Origin: a virus
Lineage: Duplodnaviria > Caudoviricetes
Strand: one strand, 5' to 3'
DNA length: 52,276 nt
Virus record (IMG/VR): IMGVR_UViG_3300047552_000486
Coordinates: 1-52,276 of that record
Part shown: in pieces, positions 8,480 to 16,240 of the stretch
How the letters are laid out: every line of letters begins with the position of its first letter
Numbering within the stretch: the stretch's first letter is position 1
Translations under genes and position numbers: made by a program
The notes under the pieces: model-generated
Databases searched by the model: none
Seen by the model: the letters and a program-made list of their open reading frames with translations, nothing else
What the model was told of the DNA's origin: nothing

Positions 8480-9358
8480 TTAGATACGGCGCTTAACTGT
8501 CTTGCGAGACTCAGCTACTGGACTCTTTGACTTGCCTGGATCTTCGTTCTTCGGTGCTGGTGCTTTTGTTTTGAAAGCAGTCTTGCCGGCATTGCCACCA
8601 ACTTTGTTGATGTTACCGAAGTCTTCTTCGCCTTGGCCTTTAGTAGCATAGTTACTTGGCTTCTTAGCACTTGTAGGAACACTTTCTGCGCCATCGAATT
8701 GTACTGGCTTGCCGCCTGTTTCTAGACGCTTAGGGTTTTGTAGGGTTGGACTCTTTGTTTGATCGCCGTTGTCACCCATCTTGCCAAACTTGTCGTATGT
8801 CTTACCACCGACTTGCTTTAGCTGAACAGATTCCATCATCTCGTCGCCTAGGTCTTCTTCACCTTCTTCGTCGCCGAATTCGTCGCCTAGGTCTTCTTCA
8901 CCACCAAAGTCAGCTTCGTCGTCGCCACCGAATTCTTCTTCACTGTCAGCGTTAGTTGACATTTCAGATTCGAATTCAGCCATTAATTGTTCTAGCTTGT
9001 CTTCTAGATCGACAACGCGGTCTTCTAGGTCTTCTTCATCCATACCTTCACCAGCGTCAACTGCATCTAGGTCTTCGTCGCCGAATCCTTCTACGCCTTC
9101 TTCGTCTTCAGCACCGAATTCTTCTTCGCCGCCAAAGTCTTCGCCTTCTTCTTCGAATTCTTCTGTCATGCCAGATTCTTCTTCGCTACTGATGGTATCG
9201 ATCTCGTCGAATAGGTTACCAACGGCGTCTTCACCGATGATAGATTCATAGATTTCACGTGATTTCTCAACAATGATATCGTGGAACAACTGGTCTGCTG
9301 TTGCGTGGTCTTCGTTTACGATCAGATCGATCAAACGGTCAAATTTTGCTGCACTCAT
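8480..9358 (-). CDS. Highly acidic prohead core/internal protein
   Basis: D/E/G/F-rich middle and basic C-terminus; lies between portal and protease like T4 gp67/68; GGAG SD. Confidence 0.7.
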   Translation of the reverse strand: MSAAKFDRLIDLIVNEDHATADQLFHDIIVEKSREIYESIIGEDAVGNLFDEIDTISSEEESGMTEEFEEEGEDFGGEEEFGAEDEEGVEGFGDEDLDAVDAGEGMDEEDLEDRVVDLEDKLEQLMAEFESEMSTNADSEEEFGGDDEADFGGEEDLGDEFGDEEGEEDLGDEMMESVQLKQVGGKTYDKFGKMGDNGDQTKSPTLQNPKRLETGGKPVQFDGAESVPTSAKKPSNYATKGQGEEDFGNINKVGGNAGKTAFKTKAPAPKNEDPGKSKSPVAESRKTVKRRI

Positions 9359-9392
9359 TTAAGTCTCCTATAGGTTAATGACTGTGTTATTT

Positions 9393-9400
9393 TATTTATA
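9393..9400 (-). promoter_or_regulatory. Perfect T4 late promoter TATAAATA
   Basis: Exact consensus upstream of the core-protease-scaffold-capsid genes. A TCGACT/AGTCGA inverted repeat lies just upstream (~9415-9432). Confidence 0.85.
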
Positions 9401-9452
9401 GCGTAATGATAAATTCGACTCAAAATAGTCGATTTTTTAGCATTTTGTGGTG

Positions 9453-9680
9453 TTATAGTCCTGGGACGGCTGGTTCTGCCGGTGGTTGATATTGTTTTCT
9501 GAGTTTTTCACGCTCAATTGCTCGTTCAAAAGATTCCACTTCCTTCATTTTGCGAAGTTTATTAATCATGCTCAGAGTCAATTTTGACTTACGAACTTCG
9601 CCCCACTTAGGACGAGAGTTGTCTTCCTCGGTGTCGTGGTATGAATTGTCTTTTGGTTCAGTAAATTCTCTTATTAACAT
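9453..9680 (-). CDS. Small head-module protein
   Basis: 75 aa, directly after the portal gene, with GATAAATA at 9685-9692. Confidence 0.75.
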   Translation of the reverse strand: MLIREFTEPKDNSYHDTEEDNSRPKWGEVRKSKLTLSMINKLRKMKEVESFERAIEREKLRKQYQPPAEPAVPGL

Positions 9681-9694
9681 CTTTTATTTATCGC

Positions 9695-11473
9695 TTATAG
9701 TCCGCCTGGAGCTGGCGGTTGCCCAGCCATGTTCTGAACTGGAGGCATCATGCCAGGAGCATCAGGTTGAGCACCAGGCTCGGTACCAGGTTGTCCGTTG
9801 AGATCACCATTGGCTTCCATTTCGTCGCCCATCTCAAGATCACCTTCAACATCAGCTGAAGACAATCCGATGCCACGAAGGTCACTGCCTTTTGGCTTTT
9901 CTTCTGTTGGCTCAATTCGCTCTTCTTCCCACAACTTCTGATTCTCTTTGATCTCTTCTTGTGACAGACCTAGGAAGCGTTCCATACAAAAGCGAGTAGA
10001 CATATAAGGCAGAGCCGCTAGTGTGGTGAATGTACCAACACGCGCGGTGTCGATCTCAGCTTGACGGTAGCTGGCAAAGTTTTGTGGTGGATTAAACTTG
10101 ATGTCAAAGATAGATGCATCAATGTTGAAGCCTCTCCATCGCATAAACAATTTGAATTCTTCATTTAGTTTACGAGAGATATATTTTTGCAGGCGCTCAC
10201 AGTATTGATTGAAGCGGAATTCTTGAATCATGGCAGTGCCAACACGACCATCGCTCATTGGTGTTGGTTGATCATCTGGGCCAGTTGGTAAATAAGAACT
10301 AGGGATTCTGAGACCACGAGCTAGACGGTTGTTGAACCAACGAAGATCACTGATTTCGTTTATATTTTGACCGCCTGGTAATACTTCCACAGAAGAGCCA
10401 CGGCCATCGCTGTTAACAGGGAAGAAGAAGTCTTCGTTTGTTGACATTGGCGAATAAGTGGCGTCGATATTACTGCCACCGCCAGATGTTGTTGGAATTC
10501 TGCGTTGATGAATCTCATCTTTGATTCTGTTTACAAAACTCATTGCCATATGGCTTGGCATATTACCAACGTCAATCTTAAACACTCTGCGTTCTGGGGC
10601 ACGAGCGATACGATAAATGAGCACCGCGTCTTCTAGTAGTTCTTTTTGTTTGAATACTTTGAAGATGTTTTCTAATATAGATTGTCCAAACGGCCAGTGT
10701 TGATCAAGACCTTCTGTTAATGACAAGTGAACTACGTGACGCGCATCGATAGCAGCTTCATTGATGTTAGATGCAAAGCGTGAGCCAGATGTACTTGATG
10801 ACGATGGAGCTTGATAACCTTGAGGTGAACCGCCGCCGCCAACTCCGCCTAAGCCGGTACTACCTTGAGAGAAGTCGGAAGTTGTTTTTGTTGCTACAGT
10901 TAAGTTTTGCAGATTGAAGTTAAGGTCACGAACTACGTATTGCTCAGGCTCTTTACCTTCGCTCTCGTTCACAATTACTTTAACAACTTTTACCATGTCC
11001 ACCCAGTAGAGCTTGAATGTTTCTGGGTCACGAATGAATACTTGATCGCCGTACTTCATTGTGTTACGGAACAATTTGAAGGCGCGAGTGTCGAATTCAT
11101 TTAACTTGCACCACTGGTACAATTGTTTGCCAACTAACTCAACTTCAGTTTGTGTTGGGTTACCATTAAACTTAATGTCGAATGGTGTGCCGTTGTATTC
11201 GTTTTCTTGAGTACTGAATTCTGATAAGATATCCAGACACGCATTGACTTCTGGGTCAGCGTCCATCATCTCGTAGGCATTGTATCTTTCGACACGGTTA
11301 GGATGGCCCGCATAAATTTCAGGTAGACGAGACTGGTAATTGCGGAATGCAAAGTCGTTTGTGTTTGATGGTGGGGTGCCTGACGATTGATTGTTCCAAT
11401 TCCCTGGCGCAGCTGCACCTGAGATTGGGCTCATGTTGCCAGTGTGGTTGGTGAATCTTTTTTTGAGTGTCAT
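9695..11473 (-). CDS. gp20: Portal vertex protein (gp20-like)
   Basis: LEDAVLIYRIARAPERRVFKIDVGNMP, EDFFFP, LPGGQN and EFRFNQYCERLQ motifs; AATAAATA at 11482-11489. Confidence 0.96.
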   Translation of the reverse strand: MTLKKRFTNHTGNMSPISGAAAPGNWNNQSSGTPPSNTNDFAFRNYQSRLPEIYAGHPNRVERYNAYEMMDADPEVNACLDILSEFSTQENEYNGTPFDIKFNGNPTQTEVELVGKQLYQWCKLNEFDTRAFKLFRNTMKYGDQVFIRDPETFKLYWVDMVKVVKVIVNESEGKEPEQYVVRDLNFNLQNLTVATKTTSDFSQGSTGLGGVGGGGSPQGYQAPSSSSTSGSRFASNINEAAIDARHVVHLSLTEGLDQHWPFGQSILENIFKVFKQKELLEDAVLIYRIARAPERRVFKIDVGNMPSHMAMSFVNRIKDEIHQRRIPTTSGGGSNIDATYSPMSTNEDFFFPVNSDGRGSSVEVLPGGQNINEISDLRWFNNRLARGLRIPSSYLPTGPDDQPTPMSDGRVGTAMIQEFRFNQYCERLQKYISRKLNEEFKLFMRWRGFNIDASIFDIKFNPPQNFASYRQAEIDTARVGTFTTLAALPYMSTRFCMERFLGLSQEEIKENQKLWEEERIEPTEEKPKGSDLRGIGLSSADVEGDLEMGDEMEANGDLNGQPGTEPGAQPDAPGMMPPVQNMAGQPPAPGGL

Positions 11474-11487
11474 GGTTGTCTTATTTA

Positions 11488-14400
11488 TTAGGAGAGGGCG
11501 TTGACTAGTTTTTTGTTGTAGTTGTTGCCGTCATCAAGTAGATTGATTACTTCATCCAATCTAGATATCATCTGACCAAACATAGTCATCATCGCATCGT
11601 ATGATTTGTCATTGTCGTTGCTGGCAGTTCCTAGTGGCGACTTAGTTACTTCAGTGCTGTTAACTGGTTTAACCTCTTCTTCACCGTGCATCTCTACCAG
11701 ATAGCCAGAAGAAGGACCTTTGAAGATACCGCCAGTACGCGCTTGTTCAAAGTGAACTGGGTCTTTGTCAGGGAATGGCTGCTTGAGACCAGCTGCTTTA
11801 AGAGCAGTCAACGCATCACTATCGCCCTTGCCTTGCTGAATGTCTACTGCGTTACCCAATTCATGTTTACTGGTCCCTGGCTTAGCCACCAACATACCAG
11901 TTGGACCTATGCCCTCACGGCCAGCTTTAACAGTTTCATCCCACAGACGCTGTTGGTCTTCAGAATCACGCACCGCGCTATTGACTTTTAATTTCTTATT
12001 GGTCTTTTTAAAGTAATCATTTGCTGCTACTAGCACGCGCTCACGCAATCCTAGATCCAGTTTAGCAAAGTGTTCTCTATCACCGCTCTTGTCACCAAAG
12101 TCCAAAACTTTTTCTGGAGTGATTACTTCTCTGTCAGCAGTCTTACTACTGATAGCTGATGCAGCACCAGCTTCGATAGCAACAGATGCGAACTCTTGTT
12201 GAGCAGCTTTAGTCGCGCTTGCCGATGCCGACTTCAGTTTAATTTCTTTTTGTTCTTTGCTTAGAGATTTATCATCATTGATTTTGGCATGCGACTCTTT
12301 GATTAGCGCTTCTTTTCTAGCGGTGTACGCCGCGTGTTGCGTTGCATCTTTCTTTTTAAACGCTTCTTCGTTCCATGAGGAAGATACATTGGTCAATGCC
12401 GCTTCTTTAGACGCAGCTTTTTCTTTTTCGTTTTTCTCTTTTAGATATTTGTCAGCGCCTATACCATACCATCTGGCCATTAACGGCGCATTCTCTAATT
12501 CTTTTCTGCGTTGCGCGTATGCAGATTGACGATCTTCAGGACTCAATTCGGCCATAGATGACATATCATCAGCTGACTTAGTTGATTCGTTGTTTACACC
12601 ATCAACTTTAATATCACCGCCAGTAACGCCTTTTGCACCAACAACTTTAGAGAATGTATCAACAGCGTTAGTAAATGCTTTTGCCGCCTTCTCGTGTAGT
12701 TGCGCAGCGCCGTTGAATGTCTTTACAACAGCGTCCATCTTTTGACCTGCTGCCTGCTGTGCGCGATTGGCATCTACCATCAAACCAGTGTCTTTGTCAC
12801 CACTGTACATCTTCTGACCTTGCTCGGTCTTTAGGAAGTCTTCTATTGCGTTTTTACCAGTAAAGCCAGCTTTAGAGGCGCCTTCTGCTAATGCCTTTTG
12901 TCTTAGTTGGAAGTCATCTGCTTTAGCAATGCTAGTTTGCATCGAGTCGATCTTACCAATATACTTGTTTAGACCCGCAAATGTTTTTTGATTATCACGT
13001 GTTGCATTCGCAGCAGCATCGAACATCTCACCCATTGATTCTTTACTGAGCGTGTTGTCGAGGTCATACTGGCGCATCGCCGCTTGTGATTGTTTTGTAT
13101 ATGCGCCACCCGCAGCGTATTGAAGAACACCAGCTGCGCCTTCTTCGTCGCCAGATGCCTTCAACATACCAGCTAACTTTTGTGCCTTCTCTAGACGCTT
13201 AATTTCTTTTTCATCGTTGTTGTTACGAGCTTCAATGAGCGCGGCGCGATGACGATCATCTGCCATAGCTATCTCACGAGCTTCCATTTGCTCTTTGCGA
13301 GTTGTGCCAGTCATCTGAGCAGCTAAGTCTAATTCTTTGACGAACTCAGCGCTGCCTTCCATGAGCTTCTTTGTGTTGTTTAATTGAAGCTGACCTGTAC
13401 GCGCTTGTAGACTCATGTACTCAAGTGCACTGTCACGTTGCTCTTCAGCCGTAACACCAAGCATCTCAAGACTTCTACCAACATCACTCTTGTATAATCC
13501 ACCAGCAACTTCAGCAAATGCCTTACTGCCTTGAGCGGCAGTCGCACCAAACATCTTCAACGTCTTGGCGTTTGTCGATAGTAACTTGTTATACTCATCG
13601 ATCTGATCCATTGTCATGCCGAGAGTTTGCACACCCTCGAACACGTCGGTCATACCACGAACACCAGATACACCAGCCTTACTCAAGTCATTGAATGTTT
13701 TAAATAGTTTATCAGATTGTTCAGCCGCAAGTTTGTTAAACTTCAGCGCCAGTTCACCAGCAGCACTAGCGCCTTTGATAAGCATACCAGCTAATGCGAC
13801 ACCAGCTTTGACTAAGATGCCTCCTGGAACAAACATCGACGCAAACGTGATGATGTTACCGATCATGTCGCCAAATTCCAACACCGGCTTAGCCAGGGAT
13901 TCAATCGCGTTCGCTGATGCTACAGCACCGCGTTCACCTTTGTAGATGGCAGCGCTGTATTGAGTCAGAGACTTTGTAACACCCTCAGCCGCAGCGCCGA
14001 GACCACGTAGCGTTAACTGCGCTGCGTTTGAGTTACCAGCTAAGTCGTAGAGTTTGTCCTTTAGGAACGACCCGTTGCCACTCAGCTGCTTCATCGAATC
14101 AAACCACTCAGCGCTACTAGACTTAGAAGCCGCCTGATGATCACGCATCGCTTTTGATAGGTTGCGAGTGTTTTCTAAGCGCTCTTTATTGGCTTTGTAG
14201 TATTCCTCGTCCTGCCCAGTAATCTTCTTGCGTAAGTCGTGATACGCCTGCTCACGCTTCTGGTATTCGTCCATGGCCGTTGTATGGGCCTTGGTAGACT
14301 TTGTATCAGCTTCAGTCGCGTCAGTAGCTGCCTTGGTGGACTTGGTGCTCTCCTCCTGGCGCTTCATCGACTTTTCAATCGCAGCGTTAAAGTCGTCCAG

Positions 14401-14580
14401 CGATTTGTCTTGTTTCTTGGCACTCCGTTCCGATTTGTCCAGTTTAGTGCCCAGAACTCCAAGAGCAGCGACAACCTTCTCTGTCCCAGAATTGAACGCG
14501 CCACCAGATCTCATGGTATCGTTAAATATCTTGAACTGTTCAACTAATTGTCTAAACTCTGCTTCGCTAATGTTGTCCAT
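11488..14580 (-). CDS. Tape-measure-like protein with C-terminal peptidase M15 (VanY-like) domain
   Basis: 1030 aa, helical and A/K/E-rich with one hydrophobic segment. NSAVRDSEDQQRLW...PGTSKHELGNAVDI...DPVHF matches the M15 SxH..G.A.D / H zinc motifs. Confidence 0.8.
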   Translation of the reverse strand: MDNISEAEFRQLVEQFKIFNDTMRSGGAFNSGTEKVVAALGVLGTKLDKSERSAKKQDKSLDDFNAAIEKSMKRQEESTKSTKAATDATEADTKSTKAHTTAMDEYQKREQAYHDLRKKITGQDEEYYKANKERLENTRNLSKAMRDHQAASKSSSAEWFDSMKQLSGNGSFLKDKLYDLAGNSNAAQLTLRGLGAAAEGVTKSLTQYSAAIYKGERGAVASANAIESLAKPVLEFGDMIGNIITFASMFVPGGILVKAGVALAGMLIKGASAAGELALKFNKLAAEQSDKLFKTFNDLSKAGVSGVRGMTDVFEGVQTLGMTMDQIDEYNKLLSTNAKTLKMFGATAAQGSKAFAEVAGGLYKSDVGRSLEMLGVTAEEQRDSALEYMSLQARTGQLQLNNTKKLMEGSAEFVKELDLAAQMTGTTRKEQMEAREIAMADDRHRAALIEARNNNDEKEIKRLEKAQKLAGMLKASGDEEGAAGVLQYAAGGAYTKQSQAAMRQYDLDNTLSKESMGEMFDAAANATRDNQKTFAGLNKYIGKIDSMQTSIAKADDFQLRQKALAEGASKAGFTGKNAIEDFLKTEQGQKMYSGDKDTGLMVDANRAQQAAGQKMDAVVKTFNGAAQLHEKAAKAFTNAVDTFSKVVGAKGVTGGDIKVDGVNNESTKSADDMSSMAELSPEDRQSAYAQRRKELENAPLMARWYGIGADKYLKEKNEKEKAASKEAALTNVSSSWNEEAFKKKDATQHAAYTARKEALIKESHAKINDDKSLSKEQKEIKLKSASASATKAAQQEFASVAIEAGAASAISSKTADREVITPEKVLDFGDKSGDREHFAKLDLGLRERVLVAANDYFKKTNKKLKVNSAVRDSEDQQRLWDETVKAGREGIGPTGMLVAKPGTSKHELGNAVDIQQGKGDSDALTALKAAGLKQPFPDKDPVHFEQARTGGIFKGPSSGYLVEMHGEEEVKPVNSTEVTKSPLGTASNDNDKSYDAMMTMFGQMISRLDEVINLLDDGNNYNKKLVNALS

Positions 14581-14594
14581 CGGTCCTCCGCCGT

Positions 14595-14626
14595 GCTAAA
14601 TATGCACATGTGACACTATATTTAGT
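14595..14626. promoter_or_regulatory. Face-to-face late promoters GCTAAATA (+, 14595-14602) and ACTAAATA (-, 14619-14626)
   Basis: Inverted CTAAATAT/ATATTTAG within the 76-bp gap between the divergent genes. Confidence 0.7.
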
Positions 14627-14656
14627 CACCCAAAACTCAACAAGGAGATCCTCAAC

Positions 14657-15487
14657 ATGAGTAACGACAATAACCCACTTAAAGCGTATTTCAGACGCCC
14701 TGCTATCTACTTCAAGCTACCATCAGGTTCGAAGTACTATGCTGACGGCGTAGTAGATACACCACCAAACGGTGAACTACCAGTCTATCCAATGACTTCA
14801 ATAGACGAATTGACTATCAGAACACCAGACGCCCTATTTAACGGCGCCGCCGTAGTAGACGTAATCAAAAGCTGTATCCCAGCTATCAAAGACCCGTGGA
14901 AGCTCAATGATATCGACTTAGAAGCTATCATTATTGCGATCAGAGCAGCTTCCGTAGATGGTAAGATTGAAATTGCATCAACATGCCCATCTTGTAAAGA
15001 AGATGCTACGTATGACATCGACCTTATGCGTCTACTGGTTACCAAGCGTGACGTAGACTACACTACACCACTCAATCTTGATGAATTAGTATTCCAATTC
15101 CGTCCACTCACGTTTGCCCAAAGCAACGCTAACGCAATGAAGCAGTTCGAAGTTCAACGAATGCTAGCCCAAGTTGATGGTGCGCCCGAAGGAGACGATA
15201 AACAGCAACTTATGAAGGAATGTGTGTCCCAACTCAATTCGATGCTCCTAGACGTTATAGCCGAGACCATTGAGAGTATCGCTACACCAGAAACAGTCGT
15301 CACTGATCCAGTATTCATCCGCGAGTTCTTAGCCGAATGTGACACAAAGACGAACACCAAGATTAAAGAGTTCAGTGCCAAGCTCAAAACAGCTAACGAC
15401 ACACCTCCTATTAAGATTGAATGTATCCACTGTCACCATGAGTATGAGCAACAACTGATCCTGAACTTCACAAGTTTTTTCGCCTAA
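14657..15487 (+). CDS. gp26: Baseplate hub/tail assembly chaperone (gp26-like)
   Basis: LPS...PMT..DE, IRAASV, two CxxC pairs (CPSC, CIHC), FRPLT, C-terminal SFFA; AAGGAG SD. Confidence 0.8.
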   Translation: MSNDNNPLKAYFRRPAIYFKLPSGSKYYADGVVDTPPNGELPVYPMTSIDELTIRTPDALFNGAAVVDVIKSCIPAIKDPWKLNDIDLEAIIIAIRAASVDGKIEIASTCPSCKEDATYDIDLMRLLVTKRDVDYTTPLNLDELVFQFRPLTFAQSNANAMKQFEVQRMLAQVDGAPEGDDKQQLMKECVSQLNSMLLDVIAETIESIATPETVVTDPVFIREFLAECDTKTNTKIKEFSAKLKTANDTPPIKIECIHCHHEYEQQLILNFTSFFA

Positions 15488-15525
15488 GACTTCTCTATAT
15501 GAGCGATGAAGAGATAGAGAAGTTT
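15475..15525 (+). promoter_or_regulatory. Putative -1 ribosomal frameshift signal
   Basis: In-frame T TTT TTC heptamer (15475-15481), 5-nt spacer, stem AGACTTCTCTAT/ATAGAGAAGTTT. The -1 frame is open into the next ORF. Confidence 0.75.
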
Positions 15526-15711
15526 CTTGAATGGCATGTCGCTCAGCAAGGCATAGTAAGAGCTAACGCAGCAAAGATAAGTTGGTACATGCGTGGTGGT
15601 TTAAGTTACACGGATGCACTGAACATGAGTTCAAGTGAGATTGATAACATCAACGCCCTTATCGATGACAACTTAGAGACTACTAAGAAGTCGGGCTTGC
15701 CATTCTTCTGA
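15499..15711 (+). CDS. Small gp51-like hub assembly protein, probably the C-terminal extension of a frameshift fusion
   Basis: WYMRGGLSYTDALNMS..E motif; no SD; its ATG lies in the loop of the stem. Confidence 0.7.
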   Translation: MSDEEIEKFLEWHVAQQGIVRANAAKISWYMRGGLSYTDALNMSSSEIDNINALIDDNLETTKKSGLPFF

Positions 15712-15727
15712 TTTAACTCAGAACTAC

Positions 15728-15750
15728 AAGAGCACCTTCGGGTGCTTTTT
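15728..15750 (+). terminator. Intrinsic terminator with C(UUCG)G loop
   Basis: AGCACC-TTCG-GGTGCT followed by a T-tract. Confidence 0.9.
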
Positions 15751-15772
15751 GTTGGTCTATACATGGAGTACA

Positions 15773-15835
15773 TGGTGCTACGCACGTGTGTATTTTATAG
15801 ATTCTTCATCCGCTCTTGGTGCTACGCACGTGTGT
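15773..15835. repeat. Two exact 19-bp direct repeats TGGTGCTACGCACGTGTGT, each containing a hairpin
   Basis: Copies at 15773-15791 and 15817-15835. Confidence 0.9.
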
Positions 15836-15852
15836 CATTCAGTGTCCATTAC

Positions 15853-15929
15853 GTGTGGTACCCGTCTTCGACGAGTACACACAATTTACTTCGTTTGCTC
15901 CGGCTATCGCCTACGCATACTCGTAAATT
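15853..15929 (-). other. Two adjacent long imperfect hairpins
   Basis: 15853-15882 with CGTC-GAA-GACG core on the minus strand; 15883-15929 AATTTAC...GGC-GATA-GCC...GTAAATT. Confidence 0.7.
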
Positions 15930-16007
15930 ACTTCTTTTTCAGTTCCATAGCAGTCAATTTATCCATTTTATAACTAGTAAATCAGCAAGATATATGAGTT
16001 CACCTTA

Positions 16008-16132
16008 ATACACACCATATACACACCATAGTGCTATACTTCCGAGAATGATTTCGCAATATAGTAGATTACTTTACGCAAAAATGTGAATAATTCGTCA
16101 AAAACCGTGTACTTATAGTGCGATACTTCCGA
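16008..16132. repeat. Tandem 11-mer ATACACACCAT x2 and 18-bp direct repeat ATAGTGC(T/G)ATACTTCCGA x2
   Basis: 11-mers at 16008-16018 and 16019-16029; 18-mers at 16028-16045 and 16115-16132 (17/18 identical). Confidence 0.85.
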
Positions 16133-16240
16133 CGATTTCTGTGTATAACTTTGTGACTTTTCGGTTGATCCAAAATGCTTGATTTTTTTGATATTTTTAG
16201 TTTAAAATAGCGAGACTATAACTCCGATTTAACAATTTAA

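Noticed and set aside
15773-15835. Possible mini-CRISPR array
   Set aside because: Only two 19-bp copies with a 25-bp gap, and no cas gene in the window.
15742-16008. ORFs 15742-16008 and 15749-15973
   Set aside because: They start inside the terminator, have no SD, overlap the hairpins and repeats, and have unnatural composition.
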